Shown here: positions 45,044-55,303 of the stretch, in pieces
Numbering within the stretch: position 1 is the first letter of the stretch
Layout of the letters: every line of letters begins with the position of its first letter
Virus record (IMG/VR): IMGVR_UViG_3300049460_000369
DNA: 64,000 nucleotides
Strand: one strand, 5' to 3'
From: an uncultured virus (IMG/VR IMGVR_UViG_3300049460_000369)
Taxonomy: Duplodnaviria; Heunggongvirae; Uroviricota; Caudoviricetes
Made by a program: the position numbers and the translations under genes
The notes under the pieces: generated by a model
What the model was told of the DNA's origin: nothing
What the model saw: the letters and a program-made list of their open reading frames with translations, nothing else
Database searches by the model: none

Positions 45044-45308
45044 TTCAATACCCTTGACAGCAGTCAAAGATCTGTTAAAGCAAATCCCCAGTGTTACCCT
45101 AATACCAGACATGACTGAACCTGTGCATGTTACCGAACATGGTGACGTGGTCGAAGTGGTTACTCGACTAGTAAGACCAGATCAATTCAACGTTAAGGCT
45201 TTCACGTTGGAATTTGGCAATCACAAAGTGGCACTGCATGACGCCAAATCGTGGTCACTCGACAATAAAACCACATATCTGGTACGATACGCCAAAATTC
45301 CTAAATGA
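45036..45308 (+). CDS. hypothetical protein
   Basis: Coupled ORF. Confidence 0.6.
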   Translation: MNDSIPLTAVKDLLKQIPSVTLIPDMTEPVHVTEHGDVVEVVTRLVRPDQFNVKAFTLEFGNHKVALHDAKSWSLDNKTTYLVRYAKIPK

Positions 45309-45376
45309 TCCAAGAGGCCTTGTGCTCATCCCTCTCTAAAATTCTGCGCAACAACCACAACAATAAAGGCAATGAC

Positions 45377-45562
45377 ATGACAACTAAATTCTCAATCGGC
45401 GGCATCAAAGTAGAAATCGACACCAGTGTTATCGAAGAACTGGCGAAGAAGAATATCGATGCGGTAACGGAAACCGCCAACGCGGTGGCCAAAGATCTTA
45501 TCACCAACATTGAGAAGGAGTTGGCTACCCTCAAAGCCAAGTTGAATAAAGAAAAACAATAA
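45377..45562 (+). CDS. small hypothetical protein
   Basis: AAGG RBS. Confidence 0.55.
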   Translation: MTTKFSIGGIKVEIDTSVIEELAKKNIDAVTETANAVAKDLITNIEKELATLKAKLNKEKQ

Positions 45563-45572
45563 GAGAGGAAAC

Positions 45573-46076
45573 ATGCAACATCCAGCAATAACTTACCAAT
45601 ACACATCGACGAAAGAGTACGTTGATGCTTTTCCATGCGCGTACCGTCAATGGCGCGCCGACTCGCACTGCAACCTGATCCATGGCTACGCATTCAGTAT
45701 GAAGTTCTACTTTGGAACCAATGACCTGGACGTGCGTAACTGGGCAGCTGACTACGGTGGTTTGAAAGACCTCAAGGAAGTTCTTCAAACTCAGTTCGAT
45801 CATACTCTCCTTGTAGCCGAAGATGATCCACATCTGAATCTCTACAAAGAACTGGAAAAGAACAACCTCGCCAAGCTGACCATTTTGCCAAAATTGGGTT
45901 GCGAAGGCTTGGCTGATCAACTGTACAAATTCATCAACGGCGTGTATATCCCAGACTACTGGGGCCCAGGTGAAGCAGGTCGACTTTGGTGCTATCGTGT
46001 CGAAGTACGTGAAACCCAATCGAATATGGCCTTCCGCGATGGCCATCGCGAGTGGAACGAAGACTTGTTTGCCTAA
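45573..46076 (+). CDS. queD: 6-carboxy-5,6,7,8-tetrahydropterin synthase (QueD/PTPS family)
   Basis: AYRQWRADSHC.LIHGY, DYG.LK, FDH, GCEGLA, VEVRET. Confidence 0.85.
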   Translation: MQHPAITYQYTSTKEYVDAFPCAYRQWRADSHCNLIHGYAFSMKFYFGTNDLDVRNWAADYGGLKDLKEVLQTQFDHTLLVAEDDPHLNLYKELEKNNLAKLTILPKLGCEGLADQLYKFINGVYIPDYWGPGEAGRLWCYRVEVRETQSNMAFRDGHREWNEDLFA

Positions 46077-46119
46077 CAAACCAAGCTGGGATCACTCCCA
46101 GCTTATCAAAGAGGACTAT

Positions 46120-46785
46120 ATGTTCAATTCAATCTCAGCATCAAACGTGGCAACCAATGCCATGGCAAAAGTATATGGCGTAATGGGAATCGGCTTGCTG
46201 ATTTCGTTCGTGATCGCTTTCCTGGTTGGTACCAACCCAGAAGCACTTCATGCAATCTATGGAACCGCATTGAAATGGCCAGTTATCCTGGCCCCCTTGG
46301 GTCTGATTCTGATCATGGGGTTCGGGCGAAATTCGCTCAGCAGTGAAGCAATGACCATCCTCTACGGCCTATTCACTGCATTGGAAGGCTTGAGTCTTGC
46401 TACCATCTTTGTGAAATACGATGGCGCCAATATTGCAGGTACCTTATTGACTACCGGCGTATTGTTCGGTGCAATGTCAGCATGGGGTTACAAGACTGGT
46501 AAAGACCTGACCCACTTGGGCACTTTCCTGTTCATGGCCTTGATTGGTATTATCCTGGCAATGATCCTGAATATCTTCCTACAAAGTGGTGTATTCGCAT
46601 TCATCATCAACGTGGTGGGCATTCTGCTGTTCCTGGCGTTGACCGCGTATGACACGCAACAGATCAAATACAACATCGCAAATGGCGGCGTAACTTGGAA
46701 CTTCATCATCTGGGGTGCCTTGGATCTGTATCTGGACTTCATCAACTTGTTCTTGTTCTTGCTTGGCCTGAAAAAGAACGACTGA
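46120..46785 (+). CDS. Bax inhibitor-1/YccA family membrane protein
   Basis: Seven TM segments; TAYDTQ.IK, ALDLYLDFINLF. Confidence 0.9.
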   Translation: MFNSISASNVATNAMAKVYGVMGIGLLISFVIAFLVGTNPEALHAIYGTALKWPVILAPLGLILIMGFGRNSLSSEAMTILYGLFTALEGLSLATIFVKYDGANIAGTLLTTGVLFGAMSAWGYKTGKDLTHLGTFLFMALIGIILAMILNIFLQSGVFAFIINVVGILLFLALTAYDTQQIKYNIANGGVTWNFIIWGALDLYLDFINLFLFLLGLKKND

Positions 46786-46805
46786 TCGTTTTCGATCATG
46801 AAAAT

Positions 46806-46832
46806 AAAAGGGGAGCAATTGCTCCCCTTTTT
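46806..46832. terminator. bidirectional intrinsic terminator between convergent genes
   Basis: AAAAGGGGAGCAATTGCTCCCCTTTT. Confidence 0.8.
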
Positions 46833-46859
46833 GCTAGTAGGGGCATATTGCCCCTTACC

Positions 46860-49800
46860 TTATGCTGACTGGATAGTCTGCCAAGTACCAGCTACGCATA
46901 CGCACAGCTTACCCAGAGTCGAGTCAAATACAACCAGACCAGTTGCTGGTGATACAATCGCGTTCTTCTGAGCAGTAGTCATAACAGGTGGCAGGAAACC
47001 TTGAGTTGTCGAAACAACTTGCAGCTTCGCACTTGACACTGTTGTGGAAGTACCAATATTGAGATTACCCAATTGGTCAATACGAGCACGTTCATTCAGA
47101 ACGTTCAGACCACCACCTGACGTTGTAGTACCAGCAGTCTGGAAGATGATCGAACCACCACCAGCAGTACCAGTACCGCGACCGCCACCCAGCTTCAGAT
47201 CTGGGCCAACAATGTTTGTACCTGCTGAAGATGGAGCACGGATGATCTGGCTTGATGGAGCAGCGGTAAGTTCGCCACCACCAATAATCACTTCGTTGAG
47301 AGTGATTCGCATCGTTTCAACTTGACCTGGAACAGCCGAACCGTTACCTTGGAACGATACTGCATCACAACCATACAGAGCCAGCGAGTTACCACCAGTA
47401 GTACGAAGACCGGCAGTATTGGAACGACCAAGACCAACAGTTTCTTGAGTGATAGTACCATCTCCGAAGAACAAGCCGCCGGTATTACCACTTGGACCAG
47501 CAATTTTTACAGTAGCATTGGCGATAGTGGTACCAACAACCAGCAAACGTCCACCAGCTGAGTTGACACCAGCATAGCCGATGTTCAATGAACCGGTTGG
47601 ATCAATACGAACACGTTCTACCATTGAGTTGGCAGACGAAGACGAGCCAGCCGGTGGAGCAGTGTTGAAAATAATCGAACCAGAACCACCAGCACCTGTA
47701 CCATTACCCGCCTGGATGTTGAAGTTCACACCAGTAGCATCACCGCCAGTAACGTTTGGCGAACGGATACCGTATGCGGTTACCGAAGCAGTTGCCTCAC
47801 CATTACCAAAGATGGTCCAACCTGAGCTATGCAGACGCACGGTTTCGGTTGTTGAGTTGATACCCAGAGACAAGTTACTTTGCTCTGAGTTGATACGTGG
47901 GATGGCAACACCAGTTAGTTTACCCAAGATCAACGTTGCGGTAGTACCATCAGAGATACGCATATAATTGTCCGATGCTGCGCGAGTAGCGGCAGTACCG
48001 TAAATCACAACTTGGGCTGATGCATCTGCGACGTTACCGAGGTAGAAGCGGCTGTCCTTATCGAACATTGCGCGCTGTTGACCACCGCCAATAGCAGCAG
48101 AACCACTGTAGATCATCAACGCTTGTGTGGTTGGTACCGCGAGGTAAGCATTGGTATCAGTTCCCAAGCTCGACGCGGTCATTGTGATGTGACCGGTACC
48201 GTCAATCGATTGTGCCGAGACAGATGCACGATCGGCGTTACCTTTGACTGTCAACTGAGTACCAAGAGTAGCCGTTGGCGTAGTTGTTGCATTACCAACA
48301 TATACGTTATTAGCAAAGCGAGTGTTCAGTGCAGTGTCAAGAGTTTGAACCAAAGTACCGCCACCAGCACCACCGTTAACAGCAAAGTTGATACCACTAG
48401 TACCGTTCAAGTTAAGAGCGTTACCGCCAGTTGACAAGCTATTCTGGGCACCACGCCAAACAGCAGCATTATAGGTCTGACCAGCATAGTCACCGAACGC
48501 AATCATACCGCTGTTCTGTGCCGAACCGGAAACTTTAATAATTGCTGAATGAACAGCAGCCGAGTATACGTTCAGCTGGGCGCCGTTAGACGATGCGACG
48601 TATTCATTTACCGCAGAACCGATGTTGACGTTACCAGCGGTAACGTTGATGTTACCAGTTGGAACCGTCAACGTATTATTGGATGTAGTCAACGTTGGTG
48701 TAATCAACATCTTCTGAACATCGGCCACCAAGAAGCGGTGGCCACCAACAGAAGGAACTGTTGAGTCACCAGCGTGATAGCCCAATATTGAAGTATTGCT
48801 GATCGAGAAACCAAAGTTTTCAGTTGCCGTATTGCGATACAGCGACAGCTTCAATTGTTGGTTAGTTGGGGTGCCCGTATTGGCAAACGAACCGTCAAAC
48901 CAAATATTGGTTGGAGTAGCAACACCTGCCACGCCAAGCGTACCCATCTTAATAACGTTACCAACTGCCGCGATGGTATTAGATGCAGCCGCCATGGTAA
49001 TACCACCAGAAGTACCAGTTACGGTCAATCCTGCTGAGTTAACACGCAAGCGTTCAACGTTAGCAGTGGCAAACACGTGGTTGCCGGTTCCGGCAATTGC
49101 AGAATCGCCAGTATGGAACCAAAGACCGCGATTGTTGTCAGTCGTCAAACCAGAGCGTTCAGTTGTTGATGTTGAATTACGGTATACTTCCAACTTCAAT
49201 TGCTGGTTGGTTGGGGTTCCAGTGTTTGGATATGATCCATCAGCTTGTAACTGGGTTGGAGTCGCTGTCGCAGTAGACGTAGTGACCGAACCGATACGAA
49301 CAACTTGCGAACCAGCCGTGTCAGTGATAATGTTCAGTGCAGCCGAACCAGACAACACGCCAGCATTGTTAAACTGAACCTGGGTTGTTGAACCGCCGAC
49401 ACTTGCACCACCACCAGAAACAGTTGCCCATGACAGAACCGTGCCGTCAGTAGTAAGGAACTTACCGCCATTACCAGCTTGTGCTGGTAATGTGCCGCTA
49501 CCGGAAACAGCAGCAGTCACAAACGCAGTAGTGGCGAGTTGTGTAGTGTTGGTTCCTGCCGTGGCCGTTGGGGCCGTTGGAACGCCAGTCAAAACAGGCG
49601 AAGCTAAAGTAGCTGCATCCGTGATGCCAAAACCAGCCAACGTTGTTGGCTTGCTTGTGATACCAGACCAAGCAACCGCACTCGCAATACCAGCCGTCAA
49701 GCTAGAGGCAGTACCTGTCAGACCAGTGCCAGCACCAATAAAGTTACTAGCAGTCAATGCGCCGGTATGACGAGCAGTGCCATCTTGGTTAAATTGGTGA

Positions 49801-52800
49801 AGTGATGACGCCGCCGTTGCTCCCGCGAAGTGAATACCGACCGTGTCAGCCAAACCTGGGTTTGTACTCGATGATCCTTGGAAGTACGAAATACCAACGT
49901 TGTCATTGCTGACAAAGCTCCACACGGGGTTACGGGCGTTACCAATCAAAGTGCTGTTGATACCCGTACCAGCAGTCACCTTACCAGTCGTTGACACTGC
50001 TGTAAAGCTTGGTGAACTAGCGGTAGTCAAACCAGAAATATCAGCTTGTGCCAATACAACAGCGCCAGTACGACCAGCAACCGAACTAACCGCGCCACTA
50101 CCACCACCTGCTGATACAGCCGCAGTCACGAATGCAGTAGTTGCAAGTTGGGTTGTATTTGTGCCAGCAGTTGCGGTCGGTGCTGTAGGAACACCAGTGA
50201 ATGCTGGAGCTGCGAGCGGTGCATATGCTTGATTCTTAACGAAAGCCGTAGTGGCAATCGAGGTAGAGGAATCAGCAGTTGCTACAGTAGGAGCAGTCGG
50301 TGTGCCGGTCAAAGCAGGCGAAGCCAATGGAGCAGCACCAGTAACACCAGCCACCGGAATAGTGATATTCGCGGTACCGTCAAACGAAACACCCGAGATA
50401 GTGCGGGCAGTTGCTAGTTTAGTTGCATTACCAACCGTCAAGCTCGCCGCAGTACCAGTCAAGCTTGTGCCTGCACCCGAGAATGTACCCGCCGTTACTG
50501 TACCGGTAAAGGTTGGATTGGTTGAACCTACTGCATCAGTAATGCCGTAGCCAGCAACAGTTGTTGGCTTGCTTGTGATACCAGACCAAGCAACCGCATT
50601 GGCAGTACCAGCAGTCAGGTTGGCAGCAGTACCAGTCAGACCAGTACCAGCACCGTTGAAGCTTGTTGCGTCAAAGGAACCGTCAATCGAGTTGAACGAG
50701 AAGTTACTACCAGCAGCCGTGGCATTACCGAAGTGAATACCAATCGAATCACCGCCGCGTTTACCACCAGAGCCCTGGAAGTACGAAATACCGTAAGTTG
50801 CCGAATCAGAGAAACGCCAAATATTGTTACGACCAGCAGCATATGATGCATTTTGGAAACCACCACTTACACCTGTGCCAGCGGTAATCAGACCAGTTGC
50901 CTGCACGGCGCCAGTCACAGTCAATGCGCCACTCAACGCACCACCAGTCAATGGCAAACCGTTCAATGCAGCCAGACCAGCAGCAGCCGTTGTCGCACCC
51001 GTACCGCCACGATTGATTGGCAATGTAGCTGACAGACCAGCAGCAGTACCCGTGATATTACCGGTCACTGTACCTGTAAAGTTACCCTGGAAACCACCAG
51101 TTGCTGTGATTGTACCACTTGCCGTAATATTGTTGGTTACGGTCAAATTACCGCTTGGAACACGAAGACCCGTAGCATCAACCTGGGCCATTGTTGTACC
51201 CTGCGACTGCAATTGAACAAAGCCGCCGCCTGCATTGATGTACAGACCAGCATTCGTGTAAATGGTCGATTGCGAATAGCTGGAATACATGTTAATCGTT
51301 GATGCATAACCATTTGCAGCACCAATGTTCAACGTGGTCGAACCCCAGTTACCACCAGGGCCACCGCCCGAGCGGAGAGCATCAAGGCTAAAGTTACCGA
51401 AGTTTGCCAACTTACCATTGCCGTCATATACTGGAATGACACCAGTTGGAGCTTGACCCGTAGTAGCAGCACCAACATAGTTCTGATTCTTAACGAATGC
51501 AGTAGTGGCAATCTGCGTTGTACTTGTTGCAGTAGCGGCAGTCGGAGCAGTTGGCGTACCTGACAAAGCAGCATCAACACGTGGTGCAGCACCCAAACTC
51601 ACCAGAGCATCAGCTGCCGTGGTTGCATTTGTACCGCCTCGGGAAATTGGTTGAACAGCAACCGAACTCGATGCATCAGTGATGCCGTAACCAGCCAGAG
51701 TTGTTGGACGCGATGTGATGTTTGTCCATGCAACCGAACCTGCCGAACCAGTAATCGAACCACTGATTGGGTTGGTGACAGTCAATGACGTCAATGAGCC
51801 GGCGGTAACACCGTAACCAGCGAAGGTTGTTGGTTTGCCAGTAACGTTTGCAAAAGTAACCGAACCAGCGGTGCCGGTCACATTACCAGTCACGTTACCT
51901 GTGATATTACCCACGATCGTATTCGCAGTCAAAGTGCCGTAAACTGTGGTGCCAGTATTGGTTGTGACCAGACGATCAGTGCCACCAACACGCAAATTAA
52001 TCGAACCCAAGCCATCATTACGAATAGCATTCAGAGCCAGTGTTTGACCAGTTGCGATCGTTGCTGAAGTAGGCAGCCCAAATTGACCCATTACACTGCC
52101 GCCCAAGTTCATATTAACTTGCAAGCCGCCAGCTGTGCCGATGTTCAAATTGCTAACCGAGTAACCAGCACCTGGTCCTGCACCAATACCAGTCGTGAAT
52201 GTGAATTCAGGATTACCAACATAAGCCGAACCGTTCGAGTATGGAACTTGATTGACCGTTGCGGTAACCAATGCTACTTTATCGGTAATACCATAGCCAG
52301 CCAAAGTTGTTGGCTTGCTCGTTACGCCAGACCATGGCACACTAGCAGCCGTGCTTGCATTTGTGGCATTGGCGACAGTACCGGACGTTTTCAAATACCC
52401 TTGCGATTGAACATACGCGGTAGTTGCAATAGTCGTGCTATTGTCTGCAACCGCAGCGGTAGGTGCTTTAGGGGCACCGGTGAATGTTGGGCTTGCTAAC
52501 GGAGCATATCCCTGGCCTTTCACAAAGGCCGTGGTTGCAATGGTAGTGCTGTTGTCAGTCAGGGCAGCAGTTGGAGCAGTAGGAGCACCAGTAAAGGCTG
52601 GTGACGCCAATGTAGCAGCACCCAAAGCACTTACCAATTGAGCATTCGAGGTTGCAGCAATGCCAGTACCGCCTTTAGCCAACGCAACCACGCCGGTAAC
52701 ATTGGTGGCAGTACCACTTACCGAACCCTGAATTGTATTGGTGACAGTCAAATTCGTTACCGTGCCACCAGTCAGTTGCAAATAACGTGCATCTGCGGCA

Positions 52801-54113
52801 GTCTGGGAAATACCAGTAACCATTGTGTCCAATTTCGACTTATCGGCAGACGACATGAAACCAGCATTACTTGCTGTGGCCAATGAGTGAGCTGAACCAC
52901 CAGAACCGGCGTGAGCTGTTGGCACCGTATTGGCAGTCACCCATGGCTGTGTGGCGATCAAACCAGACAAAGCCGCAGTGCCGACTTTCCAGCCACCAGC
53001 TGCTTCGTCAAATACCAAACGAGCTTGCGAGGCAGTACCACGATCGATCAACAACCCAGCTGAACCAGCCGTGATGCCGTTACCAATTTCACCAGTATTC
53101 AGAGTGAAGGTAGTATCAGTGGTGGTTGTATGCGTGGTATCAACTTCAAATGCTTGACCCGCAATGAACAAATTGCCACCAATATTCACATCGGCGGAGA
53201 AATTACCATTGACGGCCGTCAATGTCTTGGCTGCAAAATCTTGGGTTGAACTACCAGTCGTGGTACCAGGTGGACCAGTTTCGCCAATTGGACCCTGGAT
53301 GCCTTGTGGGCCCTGAATGCCTTGCTCACCAGTATCACCTTTAAGGCCTGGAATACCTTGTGCGCCATCAGCGCCATTTACACCGTCGATACCATCACGA
53401 CCGGGAGCACCGTCTGCACCTGCTGGTCCCATGGCACCATCAACGCCGTCAGCACCTGCTGGACCGGCTGCGCCATCGTTACCGGCAGGGCCAACCGCAC
53501 CATCGTTACCAGGAACGCCTTGAGCACCAGGCGCGCCGTCGGCACCTGCTGGACCTTGAGCGCCAGGTGCGCCGTCGGCACCTGCTGGACCGGGCAAACC
53601 TTGTGGGCCTTGCTCGCCTTGCGGGCCTTGAGCGCCAGTGTCGCCTTTTTGACCATCAGCACCTGCTGGACCTTGAGCACCGGCAGCTCCCGGAATACCT
53701 TGTGGGCCTGGTTCGCCTTGTGGGCCTGGTTCACCAGCACCCGCAGCGGTGCCCGTGTATGAAATTACACCCGTAGATGGATCGACATTGATGTCGCCAC
53801 TACCAGTAAACAATGCACGCCCACGGCTCACCGTGAAGTACAAATTAGAACCTTCCGCGATATCGGAAGTTGTCAGTGTGGCCCATTCCAATTGATTGGA
53901 AACGCCAACACGCAGGTACGCACCTACGGTGGCTTCAGCAGTGGGCCATGTTACGCCATTCAGCGAAATTTGTGTCAACGAGAGTGACAGAGGTGAAATT
54001 GAACCCTTACCATCTCCGAGTTCGTGGAGTGCGGGGCCAATGCCACCGCTATCATTTATTGTGAGGAGTTCCTGGTAGGAACTTTTTGGTGATCGACCAA
54101 ATAAAGAAGCCAT
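46860..54113 (-). CDS. long tail fibre protein with collagen-like (Gly-X-Y) segment and repeated fibre modules
   Basis: 2417 aa; ~50 GXY triplets; repeats SPxFTGxPTAPT...IATTAFV and WxxITSKPTTLAGYGITD; late promoter upstream. Confidence 0.85.
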   Translation of the reverse strand: MASLFGRSPKSSYQELLTINDSGGIGPALHELGDGKGSISPLSLSLTQISLNGVTWPTAEATVGAYLRVGVSNQLEWATLTTSDIAEGSNLYFTVSRGRALFTGSGDINVDPSTGVISYTGTAAGAGEPGPQGEPGPQGIPGAAGAQGPAGADGQKGDTGAQGPQGEQGPQGLPGPAGADGAPGAQGPAGADGAPGAQGVPGNDGAVGPAGNDGAAGPAGADGVDGAMGPAGADGAPGRDGIDGVNGADGAQGIPGLKGDTGEQGIQGPQGIQGPIGETGPPGTTTGSSTQDFAAKTLTAVNGNFSADVNIGGNLFIAGQAFEVDTTHTTTTDTTFTLNTGEIGNGITAGSAGLLIDRGTASQARLVFDEAAGGWKVGTAALSGLIATQPWVTANTVPTAHAGSGGSAHSLATASNAGFMSSADKSKLDTMVTGISQTAADARYLQLTGGTVTNLTVTNTIQGSVSGTATNVTGVVALAKGGTGIAATSNAQLVSALGAATLASPAFTGAPTAPTAALTDNSTTIATTAFVKGQGYAPLASPTFTGAPKAPTAAVADNSTTIATTAYVQSQGYLKTSGTVANATNASTAASVPWSGVTSKPTTLAGYGITDKVALVTATVNQVPYSNGSAYVGNPEFTFTTGIGAGPGAGYSVSNLNIGTAGGLQVNMNLGGSVMGQFGLPTSATIATGQTLALNAIRNDGLGSINLRVGGTDRLVTTNTGTTVYGTLTANTIVGNITGNVTGNVTGTAGSVTFANVTGKPTTFAGYGVTAGSLTSLTVTNPISGSITGSAGSVAWTNITSRPTTLAGYGITDASSSVAVQPISRGGTNATTAADALVSLGAAPRVDAALSGTPTAPTAATATSTTQIATTAFVKNQNYVGAATTGQAPTGVIPVYDGNGKLANFGNFSLDALRSGGGPGGNWGSTTLNIGAANGYASTINMYSSYSQSTIYTNAGLYINAGGGFVQLQSQGTTMAQVDATGLRVPSGNLTVTNNITASGTITATGGFQGNFTGTVTGNITGTAAGLSATLPINRGGTGATTAAAGLAALNGLPLTGGALSGALTVTGAVQATGLITAGTGVSGGFQNASYAAGRNNIWRFSDSATYGISYFQGSGGKRGGDSIGIHFGNATAAGSNFSFNSIDGSFDATSFNGAGTGLTGTAANLTAGTANAVAWSGITSKPTTVAGYGITDAVGSTNPTFTGTVTAGTFSGAGTSLTGTAASLTVGNATKLATARTISGVSFDGTANITIPVAGVTGAAPLASPALTGTPTAPTVATADSSTSIATTAFVKNQAYAPLAAPAFTGVPTAPTATAGTNTTQLATTAFVTAAVSAGGGSGAVSSVAGRTGAVVLAQADISGLTTASSPSFTAVSTTGKVTAGTGINSTLIGNARNPVWSFVSNDNVGISYFQGSSSTNPGLADTVGIHFAGATAASSLHQFNQDGTARHTGALTASNFIGAGTGLTGTASSLTAGIASAVAWSGITSKPTTLAGFGITDAATLASPVLTGVPTAPTATAGTNTTQLATTAFVTAAVSGSGTLPAQAGNGGKFLTTDGTVLSWATVSGGGASVGGSTTQVQFNNAGVLSGSAALNIITDTAGSQVVRIGSVTTSTATATPTQLQADGSYPNTGTPTNQQLKLEVYRNSTSTTERSGLTTDNNRGLWFHTGDSAIAGTGNHVFATANVERLRVNSAGLTVTGTSGGITMAAASNTIAAVGNVIKMGTLGVAGVATPTNIWFDGSFANTGTPTNQQLKLSLYRNTATENFGFSISNTSILGYHAGDSTVPSVGGHRFLVADVQKMLITPTLTTSNNTLTVPTGNINVTAGNVNIGSAVNEYVASSNGAQLNVYSAAVHSAIIKVSGSAQNSGMIAFGDYAGQTYNAAVWRGAQNSLSTGGNALNLNGTSGINFAVNGGAGGGTLVQTLDTALNTRFANNVYVGNATTTPTATLGTQLTVKGNADRASVSAQSIDGTGHITMTASSLGTDTNAYLAVPTTQALMIYSGSAAIGGGQQRAMFDKDSRFYLGNVADASAQVVIYGTAATRAASDNYMRISDGTTATLILGKLTGVAIPRINSEQSNLSLGINSTTETVRLHSSGWTIFGNGEATASVTAYGIRSPNVTGGDATGVNFNIQAGNGTGAGGSGSIIFNTAPPAGSSSSANSMVERVRIDPTGSLNIGYAGVNSAGGRLLVVGTTIANATVKIAGPSGNTGGLFFGDGTITQETVGLGRSNTAGLRTTGGNSLALYGCDAVSFQGNGSAVPGQVETMRITLNEVIIGGGELTAAPSSQIIRAPSSAGTNIVGPDLKLGGGRGTGTAGGGSIIFQTAGTTTSGGGLNVLNERARIDQLGNLNIGTSTTVSSAKLQVVSTTQGFLPPVMTTAQKNAIVSPATGLVVFDSTLGKLCVCVAGTWQTIQSA

Positions 54114-54142
54114 GTATTTCTCCCTAGAATACTTTTCATGGC

Positions 54143-54150
54143 TATTTATA
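54143..54150 (-). promoter_or_regulatory. T4-type late promoter TATAAATA
   Basis: Exact match 30 nt upstream of tail fibre ATG. Confidence 0.75.
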
Positions 54151-54355
54151 CGAAAGGCTTCACAGAATGAAGCTTCACTTAATAGATTCTATAAAATTGT
54201 AACAACGTGACAAAAATATATACACGTTCGTGCCAGTTTCCGTTATTATCTTTTTGTGGCTGGAGCAACACAGCTTGTTCTGAGGCAGTAAATATTCCAC
54301 TGCACTCAGTCCTAATAATAAAGTGAATATCCCTTCGTTGTAAAAGAGAACTAGC

Positions 54356-54640
54356 ATGGCAAAAAGCACCGCACTGAACGACCTGGAAAACTACCTGGGT
54401 ACCCTGAAACTGAAAGCCAAACCAGGCATCCATGTAAATGGCAAAGACCATCCGATGGCCCTGGTTGTTGTTGACTTTGGTACCCCGATTGAATCCATCC
54501 GTCTGACGTCTGATCAGAGCCAAGAACTGGCAAGCAAACTGCGCAAGTTTGCTCGCGAACTGGTATCGAAAGATGCCAACATTCGTGTAATGTCGGATCA
54601 CTATAGTGGGCTTGTATATTGGGCTTCGTTCAGCTACTAA
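54356..54640 (+). CDS. hypothetical protein
   Basis: 94 aa, biased codon usage, ends at terminator. Confidence 0.75.
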   Translation: MAKSTALNDLENYLGTLKLKAKPGIHVNGKDHPMALVVVDFGTPIESIRLTSDQSQELASKLRKFARELVSKDANIRVMSDHYSGLVYWASFSY

Positions 54641-54652
54641 GCTGAAGGTGGT

Positions 54653-54683
54653 AAAAGGGGAAGCTTCGTGCTTCCCCTTTTTT
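54653..54683. terminator. bidirectional intrinsic terminator
   Basis: AAAAGGGGAAGC...GCTTCCCCTTTT. Confidence 0.75.
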
Positions 54684-55008
54684 ATTTCTCGGTAATCGTT
54701 ACAGTGTCAGTAACGATCTTCTCCAAGCATAAGTCGGAGAATTTGGTGTTGACAACGTAGCGCCAAGTTGTACCGCGCTCGTCTTGTATTTGGAAGATGG
54801 TTTTACGAAAATCCTGAGCAACAATCAGTGCATGCTTGCCATCTACATACACCCAGTCACCCGGCTCAAACGCCCTACTCAAATAGATCCGTATCCCCAC
54901 AATACTGTCAGCCACAATGTCTTTGATCATCAACGTGACGATCATACCAAGCATTGACAGAAGGATTACGCCTAGCTTCTCAGCGTCAAACAACAAAGTT
55001 AAGTCCAT
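54682..55008 (-). CDS. small MscS-like membrane protein (late)
   Basis: TM helix then KDIVAD...G...FEPGDWVYVDG...T.F...V.N; TATAAATA at 55030-55037 (-). Confidence 0.65.
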   Translation of the reverse strand: MDLTLLFDAEKLGVILLSMLGMIVTLMIKDIVADSIVGIRIYLSRAFEPGDWVYVDGKHALIVAQDFRKTIFQIQDERGTTWRYVVNTKFSDLCLEKIVTDTVTITEK

Positions 55009-55029
55009 AATGATACCCCATGATATCAT

Positions 55030-55037
55030 TATTTATA
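55030..55037 (-). promoter_or_regulatory. T4-type late promoter TATAAATA
   Basis: Exact match upstream of MscS-like gene. Confidence 0.7.
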
Positions 55038-55042
55038 TGAAT

Positions 55043-55303
55043 CTACTGTTCCCACTGCAATTTAAACAGAACCGCGTCAGCATCTGACTCAAAAATCAAC
55101 TGGATGTGGAAGTTGTAAAACTTGTCAAAGTATTCAACATCGAGCCGCATTTCTGGTGACAAGCCGATCTCATCTAATAAAGCTTGCAGCTTTTCAGATG
55201 GCTCAACTTTCACATCCTTGACTTGGTTAATCTCAACATCGTTTGCGAACTCAGGTAGTACAAACTCATACGAACCAGGTGGGGCTTGAATGATACAGGT
55301 CAT
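55043..55303 (-). CDS. FKL-motif paralog family member
   Basis: FESDADAVLFKLQW. Confidence 0.75.
   Translation of the reverse strand: MTCIIQAPPGSYEFVLPEFANDVEINQVKDVKVEPSEKLQALLDEIGLSPEMRLDVEYFDKFYNFHIQLIFESDADAVLFKLQWEQ

Noticed and set aside
49642..50598. Template/variable repeat pair of a diversity-generating retroelement in the tail fibre
   Set aside because: Both copies are in-frame coding modules, differences are not adenine-specific, and there is no reverse transcriptase in the window.
53260..53740. Short tandem DNA repeats that could be a CRISPR array or VNTR
   Set aside because: They are Gly-X-Y collagen codons within the tail fibre ORF, with no constant repeat/unique spacer structure.
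47044..54078. Many + strand ORFs overlapping the tail fibre, and long antisense ORFs elsewhere (e.g. 2868-3665, 33037-33849, 40773-41492)
   Set aside because: Shadow ORFs of codon-biased genes on the opposite strand; no RBS or recognisable motifs.
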